The position numbers were made by a program, and so were the translations under genes. From positions 128,001 to 192,000 of the IMG/VR virus record IMGVR_UViG_3300021978_000001: a stretch of 64,000 nt of DNA. The stretch is one strand, 5' to 3'. The number at the start of each line of letters is the position of its first letter. Within the stretch, counting starts at the first letter, position 1. The notes under the pieces were generated by a model. That model was not told the origin of the DNA and ran no database searches. It saw only the letters and a list, made by a program, of their open reading frames with translations. This document shows, one piece after another, positions 54,024 to 63,292 of this stretch. The stretch comes from a virus. Its lineage: Duplodnaviria; Caudoviricetes.

Positions 54024-54119
54024 TTAGAGAAGAGTGATCAGTGCAACAAGCCACGACCAAAACCCAAACAACCTACCAGGGCGCCGCCCTTGGATGGTTG
54101 GGTTGCGCCGTGTCGCCAT
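54024..54119 (-). CDS. possible 31-aa membrane peptide
   Basis: Basic N-terminus plus hydrophobic C-terminus (LFGFWSWLVALITLL). Confidence 0.3.
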   Translation of the reverse strand: MATRRNPTIQGRRPGRLFGFWSWLVALITLL

Positions 54120-54266
54120 CTGCTCTGACCTTTGTCCTCGTGCGTCGTCGCGCAGATATTGCGAGCAACCCCGAAGGACACATGTAAGCTCTCTCAAGGC
54201 CCACATACACGCCAACCAAGGGAAGAGAGCTTTTCACCAAAGAAGCCTCTTCCCTTTTTTATTTGC

Positions 54267-54296
54267 TTGACGCTGTGCCTTACTTCAAGGTACACT
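54267..54296 (+). promoter_or_regulatory. sigma70-like promoter for the sigma gene
   Basis: TTGACG-N18-TACACT with upstream T-tract. Confidence 0.65.
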
Positions 54297-54325
54297 TGGT
54301 CGAGTAAACAAGGAGGAGATACGCC

Positions 54326-54874
54326 ATGACCGAAGTGACTCAAGACAATCTCAGCTTTGATGATGAACTCTGCATGTTGGTTCCCGCGCTCCAGAGCAAC
54401 GCGCGACGTTACTGCAAGAGCGATGCGGACCTGCAAGACCTCGTACAGCAGACGGTCGAGAAGGCGTTGGTGTATCGGACCAGTTACACCCCTGGTACCA
54501 ACATGAAGGCGTGGCTCAGTACGATCATGCGCAACCTCTATATCAACAAGTACCGTAGCATCCAACGCCGGTACGCGTTGATGGAAAAGATCGAAATGGA
54601 GCCCGAGCGTCCCGTCGCTGTCCAACCCGACCACCGCGACGGCTTGAACGATGCCAACACCATCCTGGAGACCCTCAAGGAGGGCTTGTCGGAGTGTTAC
54701 TTCGAGACGCTCAAGCAGTGCGACTATGATGACAAGAGCTATCGCGAGATCGCAGAAGACATGGATGTCCCTATCGGAACCGTGATGTCGCGCCTGTTCC
54801 GCGCGCGCCGCGCAGCTCGAAACCTCATCCTCGAACACTACACGCAAGAGGCTCTCGACTACGTTGGGGAATGA
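54326..54874 (+). CDS. ECF-type sigma-70 factor
   Basis: DLQDLVQQTVEKA, AWLSTIMRNLYIN (region 2); SYREIAEDMDVPIGTVMSRLFRAR (region 4). Confidence 0.93.
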   Translation: MTEVTQDNLSFDDELCMLVPALQSNARRYCKSDADLQDLVQQTVEKALVYRTSYTPGTNMKAWLSTIMRNLYINKYRSIQRRYALMEKIEMEPERPVAVQPDHRDGLNDANTILETLKEGLSECYFETLKQCDYDDKSYREIAEDMDVPIGTVMSRLFRARRAARNLILEHYTQEALDYVGE

Positions 54875-54897
54875 TCTGCGAACAGTCGGAAAACAAC

Positions 54898-54935
54898 TTG
54901 ACGGCGGTCTAGCTTTACGCTAAGATCGCCGTCAA
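54898..54935. promoter_or_regulatory. palindromic bidirectional promoter candidate
   Basis: ttgacggcg/cgccgtcaa IR; + strand TTGACG-N17-TAAGAT, - strand TTGACG-N18-TAGACC. Confidence 0.55.
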
Positions 54936-55071
54936 TGCTTCGAGAGACAAGCCGTGTCCCCCTGCCCATCTAACTTTTGAGGATTCAAGAGGAACGGTGG
55001 GTGTCCCACAGGACAGAAAATCAGAGCTGCTCAAGCGCTGATCCGAGGTTCTCCTACCTCATATCTCCCAA

Positions 55072-55815
55072 TCACTTTCCGGTACTACCATACCCCCCAC
55101 GGCTGGTCTCTCGGAGCAGGTCTTGTGTGACCTGAATCAGTGAAGGTCTCGCGGCGGGCAAGAAGAGCATCTGCACCATCTTCTCCCCTTCGGCATACAA
55201 GAGATCCGGTTCTTCTACCGAAGTAAAGACATCGTACACCCCATACCCGTCATCAGACACCTTGACGTGGCGAGTCGAACTCGCGTCCATGGGTGTCCCA
55301 AAAGCATCGAAGCACTGAGCCGACAGAGGCTTGTGCCCGAGCGGTGCATCGAGCGCGAGGCGGCCTACAAACTCCATCTTGGGTAGGCTACGTTCCAACC
55401 ACACGCTCATCGTATCCTCACGACCACAATATCTCGGGTCGATCACGCCTACCGTGTTGCAGATGCGCACGCTCTTGGCGTACTTGGTCCCAAAGCTCGA
55501 CCGGGGTGTCAAGAGCACGAAGAGAGGCTCGGGTGTCTCGATCACAACCTGCATATCGACTTCACGACGGCAACCATGAGGGAGCCACACGTCTTGGGGT
55601 GCGCAAAGATCATAACCCACATCTCCTGGCTTGGGAGAGATGGGCGCGTGATCATGCCCGACACATGCGAAGCGAATCTCACAAGACACGTCCATGGCAA
55701 GCAACGAGAGCGCCTCGCTGACTTCTTCGGATGTGGCGTCCTGGGGTTGCGCGGCTAACTCCTGTAGGCGCGCTTCGACCTCGTTCATGCGTTGGGTCAG
55801 GGTCTTCTTACTCAT
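55072..55815 (-). CDS. dut: trimeric dUTPase with N-terminal extension and internal insertion
   Basis: GDVGYDL, PRSS, NTVGVIDPRY.G, GEKMVQ, RGGYGSTG. Confidence 0.9.
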   Translation of the reverse strand: MSKKTLTQRMNEVEARLQELAAQPQDATSEEVSEALSLLAMDVSCEIRFACVGHDHAPISPKPGDVGYDLCAPQDVWLPHGCRREVDMQVVIETPEPLFVLLTPRSSFGTKYAKSVRICNTVGVIDPRYCGREDTMSVWLERSLPKMEFVGRLALDAPLGHKPLSAQCFDAFGTPMDASSTRHVKVSDDGYGVYDVFTSVEEPDLLYAEGEKMVQMLFLPAARPSLIQVTQDLLRETSRGGYGSTGK

Positions 55816-56243
55816 GAAAATTTCTCCAATACCTGAGCAGCGATCACTTCCGCTACCTGTTGATAATACGATGAGGGGGATGGCACGGGCTCATCCTCTC
55901 CCCAATCCTTGATGTACTCGTAATAAGGGGTGTAGTCGATCGAGAGTGTGTGCTCATCACACGCACCTTCGGTACCCACATACACCACTCCCTTGTACAT
56001 GTGCGCCTGGTAACCATGCCGCAAGTTACGATGCATGGTGGCCAGTCCTTCATGAGATACCATACGAGCGGCGCGAGCAGAAGCAGCTTCCGAATGATCG
56101 TTGCACACAAAGAGGATCGTCTTCACAAACGAAGGCATACCCTCGTGAGAACTTCCAGGACCACCAGGCCGCATCACCCTACGGCGGGCGCGTCGCTTGG
56201 CCACCCGAGCCTTACGTGCCCTGAGAATCTTATGCTGTGTCAT
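55812..56243 (-). CDS. hypothetical protein with basic N-terminus
   Basis: 143 aa, coupled overlaps. Confidence 0.65.
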   Translation of the reverse strand: MTQHKILRARKARVAKRRARRRVMRPGGPGSSHEGMPSFVKTILFVCNDHSEAASARAARMVSHEGLATMHRNLRHGYQAHMYKGVVYVGTEGACDEHTLSIDYTPYYEYIKDWGEDEPVPSPSSYYQQVAEVIAAQVLEKFS

Positions 56244-56581
56244 TCTTCCTCCGCAAAGAGATCGTCATCGTAGACACCACGTAGCTTCGCAGGTATATCC
56301 AACGCTTCACCCTCGTAACCAGAAAGCACCATCACCCTGTCCAACACCCCATCCCGGGTGTAAGAAGCCAGCGTCACACAACGCTCCGGCCCCAGGAAAC
56401 CTCCCAGGGTCCACTGATCAACTGTGAAGTAATCGCAATGGACACGTTGGATGCCCATATCTTCGAGGCGGGTACTCAACTCATGCTTGACACACCGTTC
56501 CGCGCGGTCGCGCGTACCAAACGCTGCAACCGGGGTACGGGTTCCATCGAGCCAGACTTGTACTACAAAAACATGGGTCAT
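56240..56581 (-). CDS. hypothetical protein
   Basis: 113 aa, coupled. Confidence 0.7.
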   Translation of the reverse strand: MTHVFVVQVWLDGTRTPVAAFGTRDRAERCVKHELSTRLEDMGIQRVHCDYFTVDQWTLGGFLGPERCVTLASYTRDGVLDRVMVLSGYEGEALDIPAKLRGVYDDDLFAEEE

Positions 56582-56832
56582 TTAAGCCACTCCTGATATG
56601 CCTCTTCCACCAAGGACGCCGCCCTCATGCGATCAGACCAGTGGTAGATCACGCTGAATATGTAAGCCATGGCGGGATAGAGAGATGCGAGCAAGCGCGA
56701 AAGCATGACGTCACACAATTCCCCTACAGGGTTCGCGTGGACTTCGACCCGGATACCCTCCGGGGCTTGCGCAAATTCAACCCTCCAGACAGAGGGGAAC
56801 GCTTGCTGAATATCAGGGGTCGGGTCCTTCAC
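56578..56832 (-). CDS. hypothetical protein
   Basis: 84 aa, coupled. Confidence 0.65.
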   Translation of the reverse strand: MKDPTPDIQQAFPSVWRVEFAQAPEGIRVEVHANPVGELCDVMLSRLLASLYPAMAYIFSVIYHWSDRMRAASLVEEAYQEWLK

Positions 56833-57056
56833 GCGCTTCCCTCCAAAGCAGGGGGAAATTCGCGGTCGAGATCAACACGGGTCAAGATACTGAGACGACG
56901 CAACGCCGTCTCGGGGTCTTTGGACCAATGCCTGAGATCACGGAGTCTCGGGTCTTTGCTCGCGCGTGCGCGCGCCAGAGCATCCTTGTACAGGAGGTCC
57001 CAGCGGCTCTGAGACTTCTTGCGTTGCTTGACATGATGTGCGAGTGGCTTGGGCAT
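56829..57056 (-). CDS. hypothetical basic protein
   Basis: SD GAGGA before MPKPL. Confidence 0.6.
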   Translation of the reverse strand: MPKPLAHHVKQRKKSQSRWDLLYKDALARARASKDPRLRDLRHWSKDPETALRRLSILTRVDLDREFPPALEGSA

Positions 57057-57057
57057 G

Positions 57058-57492
57058 TTATTCCTCGGACAGTACGTCTCCGTTGCGAATAGACATGACC
57101 TCCTTGCCTTTGACACCTGGCATGATCAGGCGTTGGAACTCCGGGCTGATCGAAGCCAGGGCAATATCCCAGATCAGGTCGATCACCGTCCCCGCTGTGA
57201 TCATCAAGGGTTTCCAGTTTTGATAGGTAGACTTGACATCTCGAAAGATCTCACGCCCCTCCCTGGTCTTTAGCACCAGGGTGAACGAAGAGACAGGCAC
57301 ATACACGCCCTCGGGCTTCGTGAACTTCATGGGGAAGCGCACCTGCACGCGCTTGTCTCCTGCCGTGATCTCAGGAGAGGTATGGTAGCCCCAACCCTCG
57401 ATCTCGACATAAACGTTCTGACCCTCGATCATCCTGAGCAAGACTTCCTGCTCGTTATCCTTCAAGGGTTTGTACTTGATATTGGCAGACAC
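57058..57492 (-). CDS. hypothetical protein
   Basis: 144 aa, SD GAGGTG. Confidence 0.7.
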   Translation of the reverse strand: MSANIKYKPLKDNEQEVLLRMIEGQNVYVEIEGWGYHTSPEITAGDKRVQVRFPMKFTKPEGVYVPVSSFTLVLKTREGREIFRDVKSTYQNWKPLMITAGTVIDLIWDIALASISPEFQRLIMPGVKGKEVMSIRNGDVLSEE

Positions 57493-57545
57493 TTACACAC
57501 CTCTTACTTTTCTACGACGAAACCTTTGCCTGAACCACACGGGTA

Positions 57546-57971
57546 TCAGGGAGTCTCCAGCACGTGAATCTTGTACGCGCGGGCTCGACCCCCGCGACCT
57601 GATCTCACCTGGAAGCGGACGACCATACCTTGCACGAGGAGATCGTGATCTGCATCCACAATATCCGTAAAGTGTGCAAACGCATCGGCCTTTCCTTGAC
57701 GCTCAATAAAGCCGTAGCCTTTCTCCGCGTTGAAGAATTTGACCGCGCCTTCCTCCTCATCCAGGGAAGGGGGGCTCACACGCTCTACCTCGATTGCCTG
57801 CCACCCACGACGACCTTCTACAGGTTTGAACTCGACCTCTTCCCCTTCCAGGAGAAGATCGCCATCATTGAGATCAGTGACGTGGACAAAATAATCCACC
57901 TCATCACGCTCGATGAAGCCAAACCCTTTGGTGTAATTGAAAAACTTGACCTTGCCTCGAATCATTTCCAC
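57546..57971 (-). CDS. tandem cold-shock-domain protein
   Basis: Two copies of G.VKFFN..KG(F/Y)GFIER ... F(V/A)H. Confidence 0.92.
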   Translation of the reverse strand: MEMIRGKVKFFNYTKGFGFIERDEVDYFVHVTDLNDGDLLLEGEEVEFKPVEGRRGWQAIEVERVSPPSLDEEEGAVKFFNAEKGYGFIERQGKADAFAHFTDIVDADHDLLVQGMVVRFQVRSGRGGRARAYKIHVLETP

Positions 57972-58090
57972 AACAGCACCTCACTCCTCCATTGGCTGGC
58001 GCCCTTTCAACTGTTCCGAGGACCCACAATATAAACGCGTAATCATGACATCTCGAAAAGCATCAAGGGATTGGTATCAGAGGGTTGGCA

Positions 58091-58441
58091 TCAAGCATCC
58101 CGAGGGTCAGGAGGGGTATCAGGCTCCCACGCTCCGAGGCCGGACAGGAACGCTTCGATCGCCACACAAGCCAGGAACTCCTCACGCAGCCCTCGCAGGT
58201 GCTCGGAATATGCATCCCAATCCCCGAGATGGTCGTTCAGCTCTCGCGTGCGCGCCAGGCGACGCTCGATCCAGAAATTCATCTCGACCGCTGTCTCCAG
58301 CACGGCAATAGCCTCGAACACTCGCTCCGACTGCTCACCGATCTCTCGGGCTGCCTGGGTGATCGCGCTCAGGGCCTTGAGCCCCTCGAAGGTAGCCTGC
58401 TCCACAGGTTCGGCATTGGCACGGCGTCTACGGCGCTTCAT
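58091..58441 (-). CDS. hypothetical coiled-coil protein
   Basis: 116 aa, coupled. Confidence 0.65.
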   Translation of the reverse strand: MKRRRRRANAEPVEQATFEGLKALSAITQAAREIGEQSERVFEAIAVLETAVEMNFWIERRLARTRELNDHLGDWDAYSEHLRGLREEFLACVAIEAFLSGLGAWEPDTPPDPRDA

Positions 58442-58746
58442 GTGTTATCTCCCGGTGGGATCACAGGCAGTTGAGGCTGCTGGCGATTGGCCTGCTCGGT
58501 ACGGTCTGTATACTTGTTCACGAGAGACATGAACGCCTCATTCTGTTCGATGAGATCTTGTACCAGCGTCTCATCGCGCAAGGCAAAATCAATGTACTCC
58601 TGGGGAATGTTATCACATTGCCCTCCCGCAGCACATTTGAGCAACCCTGTCCTTGCATCAGGCACCCTGGCCAGGATGTCGAAGACAAGCTCCGCGTAGA
58701 AGTGCTCGAAGGCGCAACGCCCCTGTTGGAACCAATAGCAGCTCAT
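58438..58746 (-). CDS. hypothetical protein (CCCH-like N-terminus)
   Basis: CYWFQQGRCAFEH. Confidence 0.65.
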   Translation of the reverse strand: MSCYWFQQGRCAFEHFYAELVFDILARVPDARTGLLKCAAGGQCDNIPQEYIDFALRDETLVQDLIEQNEAFMSLVNKYTDRTEQANRQQPQLPVIPPGDNT

Positions 58747-60284
58747 GCTTCCTCCAATTCACCGTCGTACTCGAAATCGTCCTCGAAATCATCCTCGAAG
58801 TCATCATCCTCGAAGTCAATGACGTCCGGTTCATTCTCGAAATCAATGACGTCGGGTACGAGGTCTTGCTTCGATTCAGGTTTATCCCCGAACACCGCGA
58901 CACCCGTGGGCTTGTAGCCTCGTGGACGCCACTTCTCACTGAAAGTAATATCCCGTTCATCGAACTTCAAGTCTTCCCGGGACCAGTCCTTGGGCAAGTT
59001 GTCGAGCTTGATGCGTCGAATCAACTCACGCACATGCGCTCCCGAGAGGCTCGCCTCGACCGCAAAGTGCGAAATGGCAAGGATCTGGTCCTTGGTCACC
59101 GGGAGTCCTTCGAGCGTCGCGAGGTAGCCGATCACGCGCCCCATAACATGAGGGGGTGGCGGCTTGATGCGCCAGATCTCATCGAAGCGGCCAGGGCGCT
59201 TGAGCGCGTCCGGGAGCTTGTCGAGTTCGTTGGTTGTCGCCAGGAGCAACGGGATCTTGGTCTCGGTCTCCTCGAACAACGCCAACAGATCGTTGAGCTT
59301 GCTGCCCATGCGGTCGATGTCATCCATGATCACGATGTCAGGCGCACACAGCAAGAGCGTATCCATGAAATACTTGATGCTGTTGGCCTTCATGATCACG
59401 TCTGTGGGGACATACAAGACCCTGCACCCGGTCGCGACCATACCGAGGTGACGCGCGAGCGTGCTCTTGCCCATCCCGGGATCACCATCGAGGATGATGA
59501 AACGGCGCATCTGAATTTCGAGCGCGCGTAGCCACCGTTGGATGAGCTTGAGACCGAACTCCCCTTCATACATCCAGAGGGGTTCTTCCTTGGTACGGAA
59601 AGCAAACTCGCGGTTCACGCCCCATTCCATCTCGATCTGGCGACCCTTGTGATCCCACAAAAGCGCGCTCAAGGCACGACGTACTTCCTGTACATCATGT
59701 CCTTGCTCACACACCAGCTCGGAGTAATCGAAGTTCTCTCGAAACCAGTAGACCTTGACAGGGCTACCATCACGAAGCGTCAACATGTAGGAGTAGAGTG
59801 TTGGCCCCTTGCGCTTGCCATCCGAAGATGCAGAGGTCTCCTCTTCTTTGATGCGCTCCTGGTCCAACAAGCTCACAAACAGGTGGGTGACGCTATCCTG
59901 CGTCAGTTCCACCCCTGCTTCCTTGATGGCTTTGAACATGGCGAGCGCGGGAGCGACCGAGACCCTATCGAAGTCATAGAGTGTCTCTGCGGTCTTGAAT
60001 GCCGCGTGGACCCAGGTCAAGGGGTTCTCTTTCTTGATGCCTGCGCCGATCTTGAACAGACGCTCACCCTTGCGAACGGTCTCACGCACCTCTCGCCTGT
60101 TATAAAAATCACGCGCCTCCTTGACCCCCTGGCGCACCTGATCACGCGTTTTCTGCACCGCTTGAGCCAGGGGACTCGAAGGGAAAGTCGCGTCGGGAGG
60201 AGTGAAAGACCGAGAGGACTCTTCCTCGGGGGATGAATCCGCTTCCGGCCCAATCTCCTCAAACCCGTTTTTCTTTTGCGTCAT
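58743..60284 (-). CDS. AAA+ ATPase with acidic repeat tail
   Basis: GDPGMGKS, IVIMDDIDR, TTNELDKLPDALKRPGRFD; start at MTQKK. Confidence 0.9.
   Translation of the reverse strand: MTQKKNGFEEIGPEADSSPEEESSRSFTPPDATFPSSPLAQAVQKTRDQVRQGVKEARDFYNRREVRETVRKGERLFKIGAGIKKENPLTWVHAAFKTAETLYDFDRVSVAPALAMFKAIKEAGVELTQDSVTHLFVSLLDQERIKEEETSASSDGKRKGPTLYSYMLTLRDGSPVKVYWFRENFDYSELVCEQGHDVQEVRRALSALLWDHKGRQIEMEWGVNREFAFRTKEEPLWMYEGEFGLKLIQRWLRALEIQMRRFIILDGDPGMGKSTLARHLGMVATGCRVLYVPTDVIMKANSIKYFMDTLLLCAPDIVIMDDIDRMGSKLNDLLALFEETETKIPLLLATTNELDKLPDALKRPGRFDEIWRIKPPPPHVMGRVIGYLATLEGLPVTKDQILAISHFAVEASLSGAHVRELIRRIKLDNLPKDWSREDLKFDERDITFSEKWRPRGYKPTGVAVFGDKPESKQDLVPDVIDFENEPDVIDFEDDDFEDDFEDDFEYDGELEEA
58770..58860. 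repeat. coding tandem repeats (PDVIDFE x2; EDDF x3)
   Basis: tcgaaatcgtcc/tcgaaatcatcc/tcgaagtcatcatcc; caatgacgtc x2. Confidence 0.7.
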
Positions 60285-60298
60285 AAAGAACCTGTCGC

Positions 60299-61162
60299 TT
60301 ACTTGGGAATTTTGGTGAACGGAACGTAACAGTACCGACAAGCCGATGCACAACCAAACTGCTGACCCTGACATGGATCAATCGAAAGCTGACATGTACA
60401 CCCATGTTCGGGGACACCTGCGGTATCCAGTTGGAATACACGATCCAGCCTAGCACGGTCAACACATGAAGTCGAGAAACAATCCTGTGCCTCCTCGGAG
60501 GCCAGCGCATGCATCAAAGCCAGATCATCCGCACATACCCCCACGCGCACGCCACAAGAGGAAGCAATGCGCACGAGCGCTGCCAGAACCTCGATGCGCG
60601 TGGCTTTCTCACCAGGGAGGTCACTGTCCGGGTTCTGGTAGCCTTCCTTCCAGTGAGGAGAAGGCTGCAACAGGCTCACATCGACCTCATCGTAACCCAC
60701 CTGCGCCATGGTATGACACAGGCGCTCGAAATGCTCTTGACGTGCCGTGTTGTAGTGGAAATCGTTGGGAACAGGGGAGTAGCGCCACCGGGTCTTCTCG
60801 ATACCCAGGACATCGACCAAAGCCTTGGCCGCGTCGAGCTGCTTGTCTAGGGAGGGCACGCGCGTCTCGACCTCTTCCCAACCCGTAATGGTCAGCGCCA
60901 CGAAGACACGCCAATCCGCGATCCAGCCTTCCTTGAGCGCGGTCGTGAGGTGTTCGGGATACTTGGTCCAGAAATACAAGCTGTGTACATGCTCGGGGCG
61001 CGCGTCCCACATACTGAGCGTGAGAGACTCAGGGTCAGTGGCGAAGATGATCTTCTTGTTGAGCAGCACATCCTTGAGCCACGGCATATACCAGTGCGCG
61101 ACATCTGTCCAACGTGACAGGGAAACAGGGAGCCCGCGCTCCAGGGTACTCTTGATTTTCAT
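60299..61162 (-). CDS. DUF1848 family (radical-SAM-like) protein
   Basis: SLSRWTD..WYMPW, FWTKYP, LTITG, VPSL, RWRYSP, C-terminal GCTC..SID..C...CRYCY. Confidence 0.8.
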   Translation of the reverse strand: MKIKSTLERGLPVSLSRWTDVAHWYMPWLKDVLLNKKIIFATDPESLTLSMWDARPEHVHSLYFWTKYPEHLTTALKEGWIADWRVFVALTITGWEEVETRVPSLDKQLDAAKALVDVLGIEKTRWRYSPVPNDFHYNTARQEHFERLCHTMAQVGYDEVDVSLLQPSPHWKEGYQNPDSDLPGEKATRIEVLAALVRIASSCGVRVGVCADDLALMHALASEEAQDCFSTSCVDRARLDRVFQLDTAGVPEHGCTCQLSIDPCQGQQFGCASACRYCYVPFTKIPK

Positions 61163-61198
61163 TCCATAACCTCTTTCACTTCGAGTGATACCTGATAA

Positions 61199-61227
61199 CA
61201 GGTACCACAAGATTGACAAGGCGTCAA
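61199..61227 (-). promoter_or_regulatory. sigma70-like promoter
   Basis: TTGACG-N17-TACCTG, TGG. Confidence 0.45.
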
Positions 61228-62696
61228 CCTCGACCGCGCTGTTTCCGCCTCTTTCTCTGAAGCTGACGCTTGCGCTTGGTCCCGGGCAAGCGCTCGTAGC
61301 GCTTCTGGGTACGTCGCTTGTCCCTACGATAACTCGGGTTCTGACGGTACTTGCGACGGCGCTCACGGTTCTTGCGACGGTTATTCGGGTTGACGGGACG
61401 CGGACCGTAGTAACGGTACTTGTCACGCCCTGCATCCACCTCGCCATCATCCTCCCAGGAACTATCCCGGTCTGCCATATCATCCTCATACCCGGGCACC
61501 GGCGTGATCGGTTCGTACAGGAGCCGTTCTTCGTACCCACGCTGATACAGCGCGCTCGGGTCATTCAAGGGGCCTTCATAATAGGCATCAAGATAGTTGT
61601 CTTCGACATCAGGGTCATCAGGAATGATGTAAGGTTCGTCGAGGGGGATATACCTGTCCTTGGCAACGCGAGCCTCCAGCGCATCCACCAGATAAGCCAC
61701 ACGCTCCATTGTATACCCGAGGATCGCGGGACGATCGAAGGTACGGTCCCTGTCCAGGTAAGGAATGAACTCACACTGTCCAGGTGATGGACGCGGGGTC
61801 TTTGGCGCATCTGTCCACCAACAGGATACGAGGCGCGCTTCCTTGCGACGCTGATCGACCGCGAACACGATCGTGAGCCCGATGCGGTTGGCAGAGAAGC
61901 GTACAGGATCACCATAAGCGAGATCCATCAGGAGCTTCTGATCCTGGGGCTTCAAGTTGTCCGAGCGCTTGCGAGCCAAATACCACCGCTCGAACTCATC
62001 GAACGCCGATTGAAGCTCCGTGGTGGTCACCGACCGCAGGTTCATACGATACTGTGCATGCGAAGTCAAAAAGATGGATCGAAAGAGGTCGATCTTTTTG
62101 GCGGGGATACGCTGTGGCTTGTAGATCTTATCCGCGTCTGCGTTGGAGAGATCACGCCCCTTCTCGATGTCCTCGACGAGTTCTGCTTTTAGCTTGTCCG
62201 GGAGTCCTTCCATTTCGATGTCACGGATGATGTGACACGGACCACCAGGCAACCCAAGCGATTGAGGCCGTGCAGCGTTCACAGCGCGCTGTACAGGCGA
62301 TGTAGGAGAGAGCCCCCACCTGGCCCTCGCGTCACGCCCAAACGTGGCATACGCGACCATGTGCGCGTCCGTATGCGAAGGAAGCTCGACGCACGTAGTG
62401 GGAACATTGCGCGCGTAGACCTCGCGCAGGTTTGCCTGAATCGAACGGTACATGTCCGTCTTTACAGGACCGAGAGGCTCTTCCGGCAAGTAGACGTGAA
62501 GATGGTGATGGCTCGTGCGCTCCACCACAGATGCACAAACCCCGACCGCCTCCCAGTTTGGCGCGTACCGATGTTTTGTCTCCAGGACAGGCATGCATAC
62601 GTCGTCGAGCGCCAACCTCTCCGCGCTGCGCTGCAAGAGAGAAACCTCCCCGTCCATGATCAGGAAGTAATAATACGTCTTGTCACCAAAGTACAT
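61224..62696 (-). CDS. hypothetical protein with acidic region and extremely basic C-terminal tail
   Basis: 490 aa; tail RRKNRERRRKY...KRKRQLQRKRRKQRGRG. Confidence 0.75.
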   Translation of the reverse strand: MYFGDKTYYYFLIMDGEVSLLQRSAERLALDDVCMPVLETKHRYAPNWEAVGVCASVVERTSHHHLHVYLPEEPLGPVKTDMYRSIQANLREVYARNVPTTCVELPSHTDAHMVAYATFGRDARARWGLSPTSPVQRAVNAARPQSLGLPGGPCHIIRDIEMEGLPDKLKAELVEDIEKGRDLSNADADKIYKPQRIPAKKIDLFRSIFLTSHAQYRMNLRSVTTTELQSAFDEFERWYLARKRSDNLKPQDQKLLMDLAYGDPVRFSANRIGLTIVFAVDQRRKEARLVSCWWTDAPKTPRPSPGQCEFIPYLDRDRTFDRPAILGYTMERVAYLVDALEARVAKDRYIPLDEPYIIPDDPDVEDNYLDAYYEGPLNDPSALYQRGYEERLLYEPITPVPGYEDDMADRDSSWEDDGEVDAGRDKYRYYGPRPVNPNNRRKNRERRRKYRQNPSYRRDKRRTQKRYERLPGTKRKRQLQRKRRKQRGRG

Positions 62697-62712
62697 GCTG
62701 TTGCCCCAAAGT

Positions 62713-62749
62713 AAAAGTCCCAGGAAGCCTCCATAGAAGCACCTGGGAC
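62713..62749 (-). terminator. intrinsic terminator candidate
   Basis: gtcccagg/cctgggac followed by TTTTACTTT. Confidence 0.5.
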
Positions 62750-62773
62750 AAATAGATTAGAGATGTAAAGACT

Positions 62774-63292
62774 TCAGACCGTGACGTAGTTGCTCCACGA
62801 CTCCGGGAACTGACGTCCCTTCAAGCGGAGCAGAACCGGGTTGCCATACCGAGGAACCCGAGGAGTCTTGCGCAAAGGCATCCCCGCCTGCTCGGGGGAA
62901 CGATCCGCCTTGAACCTGTTGCACCGACCGCATGAGGTGACGATGTTGGTCCAGCTCGTGGCGCCACCGTGCGAGCGAGGCACCACGTGGTCGAATGTCA
63001 GATCACGCAAGCTCACTTCACCCTTGAGCATCGACACGCCACAATACTGACACTCGAAGCCATCACGAGAGTACACGTTGGCGCGCGAAAAGCGAATGGT
63101 AGGCTTGTGCTTTTGGTAACGATTCAACACCATGACCGATGGTACCTTGATCGTAAGCGAAGGCGAGGACACCTCACGGTCCTCATACTCCGCTTCGACA
63201 CGGGCCTTGTCACGGAAAAGCAGCGACAAAGCGTCAGTCCAGCTCAGGATGTCCAGGGGTTGATAATCGGCATTCAACAGTAGCGTATCCAT
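62774..63292 (-). CDS. HNH endonuclease (McrA-like)
   Basis: LLLNADYQPL, RDGFECQYCG, TFDHVVPRSHGG..W.NIVTSC..CN..K. Confidence 0.92.
   Translation of the reverse strand: MDTLLLNADYQPLDILSWTDALSLLFRDKARVEAEYEDREVSSPSLTIKVPSVMVLNRYQKHKPTIRFSRANVYSRDGFECQYCGVSMLKGEVSLRDLTFDHVVPRSHGGATSWTNIVTSCGRCNRFKADRSPEQAGMPLRKTPRVPRYGNPVLLRLKGRQFPESWSNYVTV

Noticed and set aside
54935-54979. Leaderless 14-aa ORF after the bidirectional promoter
   Set aside because: Too short, with no supporting feature
61163-61564. N-terminal extension of the 60299-61564 ORF
   Set aside because: Overlaps the 61224 gene in another frame and crosses a promoter; DUF1848 motifs begin after MKIKS
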